IMG/VR virus record: IMGVR_UViG_3300045988_170323
DNA: 34,880 bases
Source of the DNA: a virus
Strand: one strand, 5' to 3'
In this document: piece by piece, positions 9,425 through 17,072 of the stretch
Position numbering within the stretch: the stretch's first letter is position 1
Layout: each line of letters opens with the position of its first letter
Made by a program: the position numbers and the translations under genes
The notes under the pieces: generated by a model
Told to the model about the DNA's origin: nothing
Databases searched by the model: none
The model's input: the letters and a program-made list of their open reading frames with translations, nothing else

Positions 9425-10087
9425 TTATGATATCTTCTTATGCTTTCCTGGTCCTATATACATTTCCTTTCTATCGTGCTCTGCATCCTCACGTCCCCAT
9501 TGCACATACCTAAGAGTTACATCAGGTGAATCATGATTATACATCTTCATAAGTGTTAATACGTTGCCGCCATTCTTAATATATTGATATCCATAAGTCT
9601 TACGTAAACTATGCAATCCGAATGTATAAGGAATACCAATAGCTTCTCCGGCATTATGAATTATACGATATCCACGCTGCCTATTGATAGGATATATATA
9701 TGACCTGTCATTAAAATACTTCATCTGTCCTCGAAACAGATAATCATACAGACTTAGATTATACTTGCTTATATAATCAAGTATATCCTGGTGCAGCTGC
9801 TTATTCATACGGTAATTCTGCATCTTACCAGTCTTGTTTTCTTTAATCTGTATATATCCTTTAACAACATCAGCCACCCTGAGCTGCAGTAAATCTTCAG
9901 CTCGGAAAGCTGTATTAAGTCCGATGTGAAACAACATATAATCTCTGTCTGCCTGGTATCTCTTAACATCCGACTTTGCATTATTCTGCCTTTGCATAAA
10001 ATAGTTATATAACGCATCTATCTCTTTAGGATCCTTTATAGGTTGTGTTTCATGCTGCCCTGCAAAATACTTAATTCTTCTACCCAT
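9425..10087 (-). CDS. Small tyrosine recombinase (220 aa), essentially the catalytic domain only
   Basis: Catalytic residues R (AFRAEDL), H-x-x-R (HSLRKT), H (NHDS) and Y (TLRYV) are present. It has no N-terminal arm-binding domain and is preceded by a GGAGGT RBS. Confidence 0.85.
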   Translation of the reverse strand: MGRRIKYFAGQHETQPIKDPKEIDALYNYFMQRQNNAKSDVKRYQADRDYMLFHIGLNTAFRAEDLLQLRVADVVKGYIQIKENKTGKMQNYRMNKQLHQDILDYISKYNLSLYDYLFRGQMKYFNDRSYIYPINRQRGYRIIHNAGEAIGIPYTFGLHSLRKTYGYQYIKNGGNVLTLMKMYNHDSPDVTLRYVQWGREDAEHDRKEMYIGPGKHKKIS

Positions 10088-10140
10088 CTATTACTATGAC
10101 CTCCAAACATTATATTTTAGAAGCCGATACTGCATATTCA

Positions 10141-10341
10141 CTATAACACAATCTTTCCAGAAATGTACAATCTCATAAGCTCGGTTATGACTGATGCCTG
10201 ACTTTTACCATCATCCTCACACTTATCTGCGAATTCCTGTACAACATCTTTCTTAAGCTTATATGACTTAGACATATATCCTGCCTTGTCCTGGTACTTC
10301 TTAGATGCAACTGTCTGACTGTTTGGTTTTCCTACTGGCAT
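10141..10341 (-). CDS. Ribbon-helix-helix (CopG/Arc-like) DNA-binding protein
   Basis: 66 aa. KSYKLKKDVVQEFADKCEDDGKSQASVITELMRLYI fits a beta-alpha-alpha pattern. It lies 53 bp upstream of the recombinase on the same strand. Confidence 0.55.
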   Translation of the reverse strand: MPVGKPNSQTVASKKYQDKAGYMSKSYKLKKDVVQEFADKCEDDGKSQASVITELMRLYISGKIVL

Positions 10342-10509
10342 TTATCTTTCCTCTCTTTTTTACATACATATACGACTAACTTTGCAATACCTATTGCTAT
10401 AAAAAATATTCCTAACTTAAATAACATGCTTACCCCTTTCTATCTAGTTTAGATTGTGATATATTATCAATGGGATTAGGGCTTGCGCCCCATCCCTTAA
10501 TATTCTAAG

Positions 10510-10620
10510 TTAACTTAGAAGCTTGTCGATAATCAGAAGTATTATTCCGATTATCAAGTCCGTTAATGCTCCGATTAGCCAGGTCTTTGCATTATCGGAC
10601 TTTTCTTTTTTCTTCGACAT
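10510..10620 (-). CDS. Small membrane protein (36 aa, MSKKKEKSDNAKTWLIGALTDLIIGIILLIIDKLLS)
   Basis: Strong GGAGGTGA RBS, one predicted TM helix, and a GC-rich hairpin downstream (about 10473-10497). Confidence 0.5.
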   Translation of the reverse strand: MSKKKEKSDNAKTWLIGALTDLIIGIILLIIDKLLS

Positions 10621-10885
10621 GGGTATCACCTCCTTACAAGTATATATTAACATATGGTACACCCTATGTCAATAGTTCTATATAATATTTTTTTATTATT
10701 TTTAATATTTTATTTTAGAACTTTTCTCTCATAATTATTATATCAGTTGCAAGAGCATATCCGTACTCTCTGTTAGCTCCTGTAGACTTCTCCCAGCCTT
10801 TAAGCATATATATGTGTGAACACATACTTAACATCATCATAGACATCTGCATGTACTCCTCATAGCTTGTTGTATCTGCATATGA

Positions 10886-11032
10886 AAGTTCCCACTCTTC
10901 TTTCAGTTGCCTGATACTAAAGCTTTACGCAAAAATGTATCATTTCCTGCCTGGATGATTAACCTTGCTGATAAACGTGGTATTAACTGTTCCAAAGTCC
11001 TACAGGATGCCTTATTATCAATTTTTTTGTAG
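10886..11032 (+). pseudogene. Remnant of a HicB-type antitoxin C-terminus (no start codon, no N-terminal domain)
   Basis: My translation ...DTKALRKNVSFPAWMINLADKRGINCSKVLQDALLSIFL* resembles the HicB C-terminal RHH tail. The open frame begins right after a TGA. Confidence 0.4.
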
Positions 11033-11043
11033 ATTCATATGTT

Positions 11044-11067
11044 TACCGGGGAATAAAATCCCCGGTA
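11044..11067. terminator. Bidirectional hairpin terminator (taccgggga ataaaa tccccggta)
   Basis: 9-bp stem between convergent coding regions. Confidence 0.55.
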
Positions 11068-11100
11068 TTTGTATATCTAGTTTTCATATCAGTCATTCTA

Positions 11101-11835
11101 CTAAGAAATGACTGTAAACTGTGGATACTCCTCAAGCTCTCTCATCAAATAATCCTTAATTCTCTGTGTTGCCTCAACCTTCCATGCTCCACCATCAGCT
11201 TCAAAAATTGCACATAATATTCCGTCATACTTATCTGCTTTCATTCTGAATACAAAGTCTGATGCAGGCTGTTCAACCTCTAAGAATGTCCTATAAGGTG
11301 TAAGCTTCACCGGATTAGGTACAATAGCATCTGACTTTGATGCAATACCAGTCTTTACAGTAGCTTTCTGTGTTACACCATCATCACCATATTCTGTTAC
11401 AGTACCATCTTCAACAGTACCAGCAAATTGGAGTACTAACGCCCTGTCACCTTCATCCAGGAACTTAGACTGTAAACCTATGCAGAAATTCTCCTGACTA
11501 ATATAATGGTCATAATTAAAAACAGGTGTCTGTAACAATACATCAACAAGATATTCTCTTTTCCTGTTATCATCAAGCTGGCTATATAACTTCACCTCGT
11601 CTGGACTTGTAACCTCAACAATCATCTTTTCAGACATTGTATCAATATTGCCCTTGATATAATCTAAGAGACTTGTAAGCGTATGCATAGTAATCACCTC
11701 TGCCTTAGGAATATGCTTCTCAAGCAACTGTAAGTCCCTATCTGAATATGTCTGTATAGTTCCATCTGGAAGCTGCACATCCTGTACCTCTGCTCTGCTT
11801 AACCCAATTATGTACTGTAATGCCTCTTTAATCAT
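11101..11835 (-). CDS. Hypothetical phage early protein (about 244 aa)
   Basis: Long ORF. The ATG at 11835 has AGGTGA upstream; the GTG at 11844 is an alternative. Confidence 0.6.
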   Translation of the reverse strand: MIKEALQYIIGLSRAEVQDVQLPDGTIQTYSDRDLQLLEKHIPKAEVITMHTLTSLLDYIKGNIDTMSEKMIVEVTSPDEVKLYSQLDDNRKREYLVDVLLQTPVFNYDHYISQENFCIGLQSKFLDEGDRALVLQFAGTVEDGTVTEYGDDGVTQKATVKTGIASKSDAIVPNPVKLTPYRTFLEVEQPASDFVFRMKADKYDGILCAIFEADGGAWKVEATQRIKDYLMRELEEYPQFTVIS

Positions 11836-11854
11836 CTTTTTCACCTAACCCTTT

Positions 11855-12265
11855 CTAAGCCTGTCTTGTTTTTCTAAAATCCACAACCGAACTATTATCT
11901 GTTTTAACATCTGCTGCCTGTGTTTCACCTTTACCATCATCCGTCTTTAAATCACCCATAGACATTTGTCCTGGAATCTGCTTGCCATACTCTGTAGCAT
12001 ATAACTCTCCTGTTCTAAGGTCTTTACCAATCGAAAATGCTGTTTTCATAGGTGCCTGTGGTGCAAGCTTCTCAACAACATTAATCTTTACCGCCACATC
12101 ATCTCTTAGTTCATTCTGTGTAAACTCAAGAGATATTGTTATCTTTCTCTTATCCCTGGAAGATGTATTAACATCCTGTAGATTATCAATAATTCTCTCA
12201 AAGGATTTATTAAACTTCTCCTGTAATGCACCACCCAATATGCCCTGTAACTCTATTGTGTTCAT
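11855..12265 (-). CDS. Hypothetical early protein; weak recollection of the family annotated 'phage replication terminator protein'
   Basis: 136 aa. The pattern RKITISLEFTQ...VAVKINVVEKLAP is present. The family name rests on memory only. Confidence 0.35.
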   Translation of the reverse strand: MNTIELQGILGGALQEKFNKSFERIIDNLQDVNTSSRDKRKITISLEFTQNELRDDVAVKINVVEKLAPQAPMKTAFSIGKDLRTGELYATEYGKQIPGQMSMGDLKTDDGKGETQAADVKTDNSSVVDFRKTRQA

Positions 12266-12346
12266 ACGTTCAATTCCTTTCCACTATCTCCGGTTATAAA
12301 AATAATTGTGATATTATAATCAACCAGTATTCAGCTATGTAGATAG

Positions 12347-12568
12347 TTATGTAGTAATATTTATCCTTCTATCAGCTTCTAACATAAGCTCACCTATCTG
12401 ATCCGCATCCATTTCCACTAAAAGGATTTTTAACATCATCAGATATCTAAGTGTTCTGATGCGCAATCTGTAGTGCTCATTATCCGTAGTATTAAGCTTC
12501 TGTGCCTTAACTGTCTGATGAGCATATTTTTTAATACATCTATTAATCTCTTTAATCTCTCTATGCAT
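12347..12568 (-). CDS. Hypothetical protein (73 aa)
   Basis: ATGA start/stop overlap with the upstream gene. Confidence 0.5.
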   Translation of the reverse strand: MHREIKEINRCIKKYAHQTVKAQKLNTTDNEHYRLRIRTLRYLMMLKILLVEMDADQIGELMLEADRRINITT

Positions 12569-13176
12569 CAGCCTGTCTCCTTTGAATTATCAAGAAGCAA
12601 ATTATAAAAACTCTCATCTCTTTTTTCACGCTGCTCAAAATTATTAAATTTGTTACGCGCGTGCGCGCTATATATACTTTTATTTACTTTACTTTTCTTT
12701 GTTGCATTATTGTCAACATTAACCCTAGTTTCTGCAACATTAACCTCGGTTTCTGCAACATTTACTACATTTGAGGGTGACTTTAATAAAAGGTATGCAT
12801 TCTCCAAAAAAATTTTTGAACGACGTTTTAATGCTTCGGCATAGCGTTCCTGAATTCCTCTGCTTGTCAGGATCTGATACTTGTCGTACATTTCTTTTGA
12901 AAAGATACCTCTGTTCAGTGCCGTATTTACCACTGAACTTATAAAATTTGTCTTGTAATTAATGTCACCATCCATGACGATTTTAGTTGCAAACAGAATA
13001 AGTGAATCCTTATCCCACTTCATGTAATACCCTTCTTCTCCGTATATAGTCTGAAAAAGGCGTACTATGATACCAAAGCCAGCTATTCCATGCTCAGCTT
13101 CCAGTAATTGAAACTTCTGGTCAAGATTGCAGTCTAAAGGAAAGTAATCAAGATTACTCTTAACTGGTCTTGCCAT
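12568..13176 (-). CDS. DUF4373 (Lin1244/Lin1753-like) replication organiser-type protein
   Basis: The N-terminus MARPVKSNLDYFPLDCNLDQKFQLLEAEHGIAGFGIIVRLFQTIYGEEGYY matches the family signature. Confidence 0.65.
   Translation of the reverse strand: MARPVKSNLDYFPLDCNLDQKFQLLEAEHGIAGFGIIVRLFQTIYGEEGYYMKWDKDSLILFATKIVMDGDINYKTNFISSVVNTALNRGIFSKEMYDKYQILTSRGIQERYAEALKRRSKIFLENAYLLLKSPSNVVNVAETEVNVAETRVNVDNNATKKSKVNKSIYSAHARNKFNNFEQREKRDESFYNLLLDNSKETG
12723..12780. repeat. About 2.5 direct repeats of 21 bp (caacattaaccYYRgtttctg) inside the DUF4373 gene; candidate origin iterons
   Basis: Repeat starts at 12723, 12744 and 12765. The repeats encode NVAETEVNVAETRVNV. Confidence 0.45.
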
Positions 13177-13187
13177 AAAATATGCTC

Positions 13188-14210
13188 CTATCTTTTAAGG
13201 TACTTAGCCATAATATCTCTCTTTGACTGAGGTTCTGCTCTTGGCATAGCTCCAGGCGACTTCTTTACAAAATCAAAGTCATCCTTAAGCTCCTGTCTGC
13301 TCACAGTAGTATTGTTAATAATAATATCCTTACCGGATAATACATCATTATGTATCTCATCCAGTCTTGATAAAGGATAATTAAGTCCTGCAAGCATAAG
13401 AATACAGTCATTATCAGTATAAGTCCTGAATTCATCGTAAGGAACGCCTACAGCCTTATGTAGCTCTTCAAAACTGCTAATGCTCTCATCTGCTGCCAGT
13501 GCAATATACTTAACCTTATCGCCTTCAATCGTAGCATATATATCGCTAAAAATGCTCTTGGCTAAAGCAGCCATATTAGTATTTCCTGCACTATAAATAC
13601 AACTCATACCATGTGTTAATAAAGTTTCTTTAATCTCAGCATCATCGATGTTACCTCGCTGTGAAGAATAGTTATCAGGAATATGTACATAATTGTCAAA
13701 CATCTGGACAAATCTGTTATTAATATAAAACTTATCTGCCTTAGAATTATCAAGGATAAACAGAGATGCCATCTTATCAAGACTAAGCAGCTCTCTGAAG
13801 CACTCATAAGAATTATACTTAGTCTTTATAGACTCATCTGAAGTTGGAAGAATTGTAACAGCTCCTACCTTTCTGTTTTCATCCAGCATAAGATCAATCA
13901 GCATAGGACCTGTACCAGAACCAGTACCTCCACCGGATGAAAACACAACAAACAATATCTCGCAGTCCATAACCTTATCAACCATAGCTGCTATATTATC
14001 ATAGTCATCTATTACAAGCTTCTTAGCTTTATCCCTGTCCTTATTAGCACCTTCGCCATTTGTTATGTGATATACATACTTACTATCCTTCAATGTGTTA
14101 AGGTCTTCCTTGGACGTATTAATATACATCGCCGGATAACCTTCCTGTTCAAAGAGCTGGACTATATTGCCTCCGACCTGTCCTACTCCTATAAAACCAA
14201 TGTCTTTCAT
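13188..14210 (-). CDS. tubZ: TubZ-like tubulin/FtsZ-superfamily GTPase
   Basis: The motifs GVGQVGGNI (T1-like loop) and SSGGGTGSGTGP (tubulin signature GGGTGSG) are present, with a basic C-terminal tail ...SKRDIMAKYLKR. An ATGA overlap couples it to the upstream winged-helix gene. Confidence 0.8.
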   Translation of the reverse strand: MKDIGFIGVGQVGGNIVQLFEQEGYPAMYINTSKEDLNTLKDSKYVYHITNGEGANKDRDKAKKLVIDDYDNIAAMVDKVMDCEILFVVFSSGGGTGSGTGPMLIDLMLDENRKVGAVTILPTSDESIKTKYNSYECFRELLSLDKMASLFILDNSKADKFYINNRFVQMFDNYVHIPDNYSSQRGNIDDAEIKETLLTHGMSCIYSAGNTNMAALAKSIFSDIYATIEGDKVKYIALAADESISSFEELHKAVGVPYDEFRTYTDNDCILMLAGLNYPLSRLDEIHNDVLSGKDIIINNTTVSRQELKDDFDFVKKSPGAMPRAEPQSKRDIMAKYLKR

Positions 14211-14461
14211 ACTTCAAATTCTCCTATCTTTTCTAAACCAGTCTTGCTAATACTATATGTGTTAGCATGTCCATCTTTAAGACCATGCTGTATAAACCCA
14301 GCTTCTAAAAGCTTCTGTACACTCTTATAAAGCGTATTAGTTCTATAACCTGCAAGTCCATCCGTAGATACAAGTTCCTGTAATGACATTGCCGTGGCAT
14401 TTCCAAACGCTTTATTTTCCCTAAGCATAAGCAAAATTAATAATTCTTTTTTATCCATCAT
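14207..14461 (-). CDS. tubR: TubR-like winged-helix centromere-binding protein
   Basis: About 84 aa. The gene lies immediately downstream of the iterons and is translationally coupled to tubZ. The track start (TTG 14479) lies inside the repeat array, so the ATG at 14461 is preferred. Confidence 0.6.
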   Translation of the reverse strand: MMDKKELLILLMLRENKAFGNATAMSLQELVSTDGLAGYRTNTLYKSVQKLLEAGFIQHGLKDGHANTYSISKTGLEKIGEFEV

Positions 14462-14476
14462 TACCTGCTTTCTTGT

Positions 14477-14580
14477 CAATTTGGATTTTTTCTTACCAAT
14501 TTGGATTTATTTTTATTAACTTGGATTTTTTCTTACTAATTTGGATTTATTTTTATTAATTTGGATTTTTTCTTACCCAA
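14477..14580. promoter_or_regulatory. tubC-like centromere: five TTGGATTT boxes on an exact 20-bp period (a 40-bp unit repeated 2.5 times)
   Basis: Boxes start at 14481, 14501, 14521, 14541 and 14561. They alternate between ttggattttttcttac and ttggatttatttttatta. Confidence 0.65.
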
Positions 14581-14589
14581 TTAATTCCA

Positions 14590-14874
14590 TCAGTAATAAA
14601 TTCTTGCCCCTGCAGCATTCTTTTCCAGCAACTGCGCTGTAATATTTTCCCATTCACTCTTGAACTTCTTAATCCATAATTTTTCAGGTAAACAAATAAT
14701 CGCATATCTGTTGCGAAAAGTTGCTTCTTCAGAAGCTAACATCAGCAGTCTGCCTACACTTACCTTGTATTTATCCGCCAGATATTCTACAGACTTCTCA
14801 TAATCAATAATATCTCCAGTCACTATATCAACTATGCTGAATAACCTCTTATCCTTATTAGACACATCCTTCAT
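14590..14874 (-). CDS. Hypothetical protein (94 aa)
   Basis: ORF in the early operon. Confidence 0.5.
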   Translation of the reverse strand: MKDVSNKDKRLFSIVDIVTGDIIDYEKSVEYLADKYKVSVGRLLMLASEEATFRNRYAIICLPEKLWIKKFKSEWENITAQLLEKNAAGARIYY

Positions 14875-14886
14875 CTCCTTTCCACA

Positions 14887-15117
14887 CTATTGAATGTCGC
14901 CTATGCCAGGAACAAATATGTTATGCCAATGGATAGCTCCGCCACAGGTGCCGCAGAAACTAAGATTCCACACACGCTGCACATTATATCCACAATAAGG
15001 ACATATTCCATATATAACACCCTTATGATCATTGTAATAAGGCTCCCTGACCTGCATATGCTCCACTCCATCAATGTTTAATAATTCATTCTTTGTTGCA
15101 GCAAATTCATATTCCAT
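14887..15117 (-). CDS. Zinc-ribbon protein (76 aa)
   Basis: CPYC...CGTC pairs of cysteines; GAAGGAG RBS. Confidence 0.55.
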   Translation of the reverse strand: MEYEFAATKNELLNIDGVEHMQVREPYYNDHKGVIYGICPYCGYNVQRVWNLSFCGTCGGAIHWHNIFVPGIGDIQ

Positions 15118-15148
15118 ACATAACTCCTTCTGAATGCTGCAGCGAACC

Positions 15149-15259
15149 CTAAATAAAAAGACCTAGTAAAATAAGCCCATAAAAGCAGCCTGCCATAATA
15201 GCAGCTCCGGATAAATCCTTTGCAACTGCTTTCACACTATTTAATTTTTTGTTGTTCAT
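15149..15259 (-). CDS. Small membrane protein (36 aa, MNNKKLNSVKAVAKDLSGAAIMAGCFYGLILLGLFI)
   Basis: My own translation. It is not in the ORF track because it is shorter than 60 aa. Confidence 0.35.
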   Translation of the reverse strand: MNNKKLNSVKAVAKDLSGAAIMAGCFYGLILLGLFI

Positions 15260-15432
15260 AGTATTTGCATTCCTTTCTAAAATGTGTTATTATAATTATG
15301 TTGTTTATAGGTGTTTGCACCTGAGGGACAGTGCTTGTCACTGTCCTTTTTTTATTACCTTATTAGCTGTTCAGGGCTATATTTCTCTATAGTATCATGG
15401 TAAAAGCTTCCTACTCCTTCATCATGTACCAT

Positions 15433-15666
15433 CTATGTATCCTTTTTCCTTATCTCTTCAAGAGTTCTTGCTAACTCCTCTGTTGTCATACCTTGTCGCT
15501 TAGCCAGTGCCGCTGCACTTATGTTATAAGTCCAGATAGAGGACATCTTTATAGCATTACCAATATCTAATATTCCTCTCTGCATCCCAATTCTGACAAA
15601 CTGTGGACTACATCCCATTATTACAGCTGCTTCCGCTGTCTTAATTCTTTTAATATTTGGCATCAT
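15433..15666 (-). CDS. HTH DNA-binding protein (excisionase/MerR-like HTH_17 type)
   Basis: MMPNIKRIKTAEAAVIMGCSPQFVRIGMQRG. The ATGATG at 15666 has an AGAGGTGA RBS. Confidence 0.5.
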   Translation of the reverse strand: MMPNIKRIKTAEAAVIMGCSPQFVRIGMQRGILDIGNAIKMSSIWTYNISAAALAKRQGMTTEELARTLEEIRKKDT

Positions 15667-15775
15667 CTTCACCTCTTTATGCATTTTCCTCTGACATACG
15701 GATCACATCCGCTACATCTTCCTGTGTCATCTTAAGTGGAATGTGTTACAATAAATAAAAAACTTGGAGGTGCTT

Positions 15776-16117
15776 ATGAATAACTTTGAAAATATAAATC
15801 TTACATTAACTGAAAAATACAAATTATTTATCATGCGATTCATAAAACACGCCAATGATAAATTCCTCGGTAAAGATTCTGAATATCTGCTTGAAATCGA
15901 ATTTATTGAACCAGATCTTGCAGCATCAAATTCAGAATTGATTCCTTATACTTTCGCAGGTACATATCATCTCACGCAAAAATACAAACGCTATTGCATA
16001 CACTGCAGAAAAATATTTGTAAGAGGAATGTTCTCATCTTTCATAACACCCATAGTTGTATCCATAATCACATCAATACTAACAGTACTAGTATTACGAT
16101 TATTAGGATTACAATAA
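15776..16117 (+). CDS. Membrane-anchored protein (113 aa, C-terminal TM helix), encoded opposite to the surrounding operon
   Basis: GGAGGTG RBS before the ATG at 15776. The hydrophobic tail reads FITPIVVSIITSILTVLVLRLLGL. Confidence 0.55.
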   Translation: MNNFENINLTLTEKYKLFIMRFIKHANDKFLGKDSEYLLEIEFIEPDLAASNSELIPYTFAGTYHLTQKYKRYCIHCRKIFVRGMFSSFITPIVVSIITSILTVLVLRLLGLQ

Positions 16118-16244
16118 TAATCTTGTACACATTTTCCCTTTTATGTACATAAACAAACAATGCCATCTCATCATCTGATAAATGGTTAAATTCCTGAAAA
16201 CTTTTCAGTCTTTCTGCTTTTAATTTCTTTTTCTCTTTATTCAT
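16068..16244 (-). CDS. Hypothetical small protein; its 3' end overlaps the convergent + strand gene by 50 nt
   Basis: AAGGTGG RBS before the ATG at 16244. The hydrophobic tail may be a shadow of the opposite-strand TM helix. Confidence 0.35.
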   Translation of the reverse strand: MNKEKKKLKAERLKSFQEFNHLSDDEMALFVYVHKRENVYKIIIVILIIVILVLLVLM

Positions 16245-16285
16245 CAGAACCACCTTGAATTTTTTCTTTTCTCACGTCATTGTCC

Positions 16286-16558
16286 TTAGTCCAATGCCTT
16301 TAATATCTGCTGTAGCTGCAGCTCCATATCTCTTAAAAACTCAGCGTTACTGACTGCGTTCTTAAACTTCGGCTCGCCATTCTCATCCGTCTCCTGCGCC
16401 AGCTCTTCCCACACCTTGAGTCTTTCTTCTCTGTTGTGCGTATCACTTAAGATATAGAACTGTAATATATGCCATAACCTGTTAGTAAGCGTTACTGTTT
16501 TCGGCTGCTGCTCCCAGCTTGTAGCCTCTGCACTGTCGTTGTCTCTTTTCTTTGCCAT
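16286..16558 (-). CDS. Hypothetical protein (90 aa)
   Basis: GGAGGT RBS. Confidence 0.55.
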   Translation of the reverse strand: MAKKRDNDSAEATSWEQQPKTVTLTNRLWHILQFYILSDTHNREERLKVWEELAQETDENGEPKFKNAVSNAEFLRDMELQLQQILKALD

Positions 16559-16670
16559 TCCTTCGTTACCTCCTCTGTTGAAAATAAATAACCTTGCCTA
16601 TTTTCTTCCTAACTCTTATACTTTAATTACTGGTGTCTCAGCACCTAGTTTCCAAGAAAGGAGATTATTT

Positions 16671-17066
16671 ATGCCTAAAGTTGATTTAACTGTTACAATT
16701 TCTGTTATTATTGCTATCTGTGCTATCATTTCCCCGATTATCACTACGATTTTAATCAATCGCCATCTTTATAAAATACGTAAATTAGATGAAGCTGCAC
16801 AACTTCGAAAAGAAACTTACTTTTATAAACGTGGTATCTATGAAGATTATTTACGATATACTGGTCAATGTATTACACATGCTACTGTTGAAACTCTTGA
16901 TAATTATGGTGCTACATATGCTCTTGCACTCATATATTTTCCAGAAGATTTACAAAGCAAAATAATTGATTTGAATAATGCAATTAATCATGGTACGAAA
17001 GATAATGCTTTAAAAAAGCTTAATAAGCTTGCACCATTAATCCGTATGCAACTACAAGATTTGTAA
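16671..17066 (+). CDS. N-terminally membrane-anchored protein (131 aa), opposite orientation to its neighbours
   Basis: AAGGAG RBS before the ATG at 16671: MPKVDLTVTISVIIAICAIISPIITTILINRHLY. The track's upstream extension from 16539 has no RBS. Confidence 0.55.
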   Translation: MPKVDLTVTISVIIAICAIISPIITTILINRHLYKIRKLDEAAQLRKETYFYKRGIYEDYLRYTGQCITHATVETLDNYGATYALALIYFPEDLQSKIIDLNNAINHGTKDNALKKLNKLAPLIRMQLQDL

Positions 17067-17072
17067 TTGCAA

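Noticed and set aside
9805-10017. Nested 70-aa ORF inside the small recombinase gene, and similar nested ORFs at 13616..13807 and 2523..2714
   Set aside because: They are alternative-frame ORFs inside well-supported genes and have no signals of their own.
12568-13176. The gene downstream of tubZ as a TubY-like partition modulator
   Set aside because: Its N-terminus matches the DUF4373 replication-organiser pattern instead, and I see no HTH-plus-amphipathic-tail TubY layout. It is left as a replication protein.
14477-14580. CRISPR array as an explanation for the regularly spaced repeats here and at 22943-22998
   Set aside because: The repeat units are only 10-20 bp, contiguous and without unique spacers, and no cas genes are present. 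Their positions (upstream of tubR, next to int) fit centromere and arm-site roles.
16539-16670. The 44-codon N-terminal extension of the 175-aa + ORF
   Set aside because: The extension overlaps the divergent gene's start and has no RBS. A strong AAGGAG sits in front of the internal ATG at 16671.
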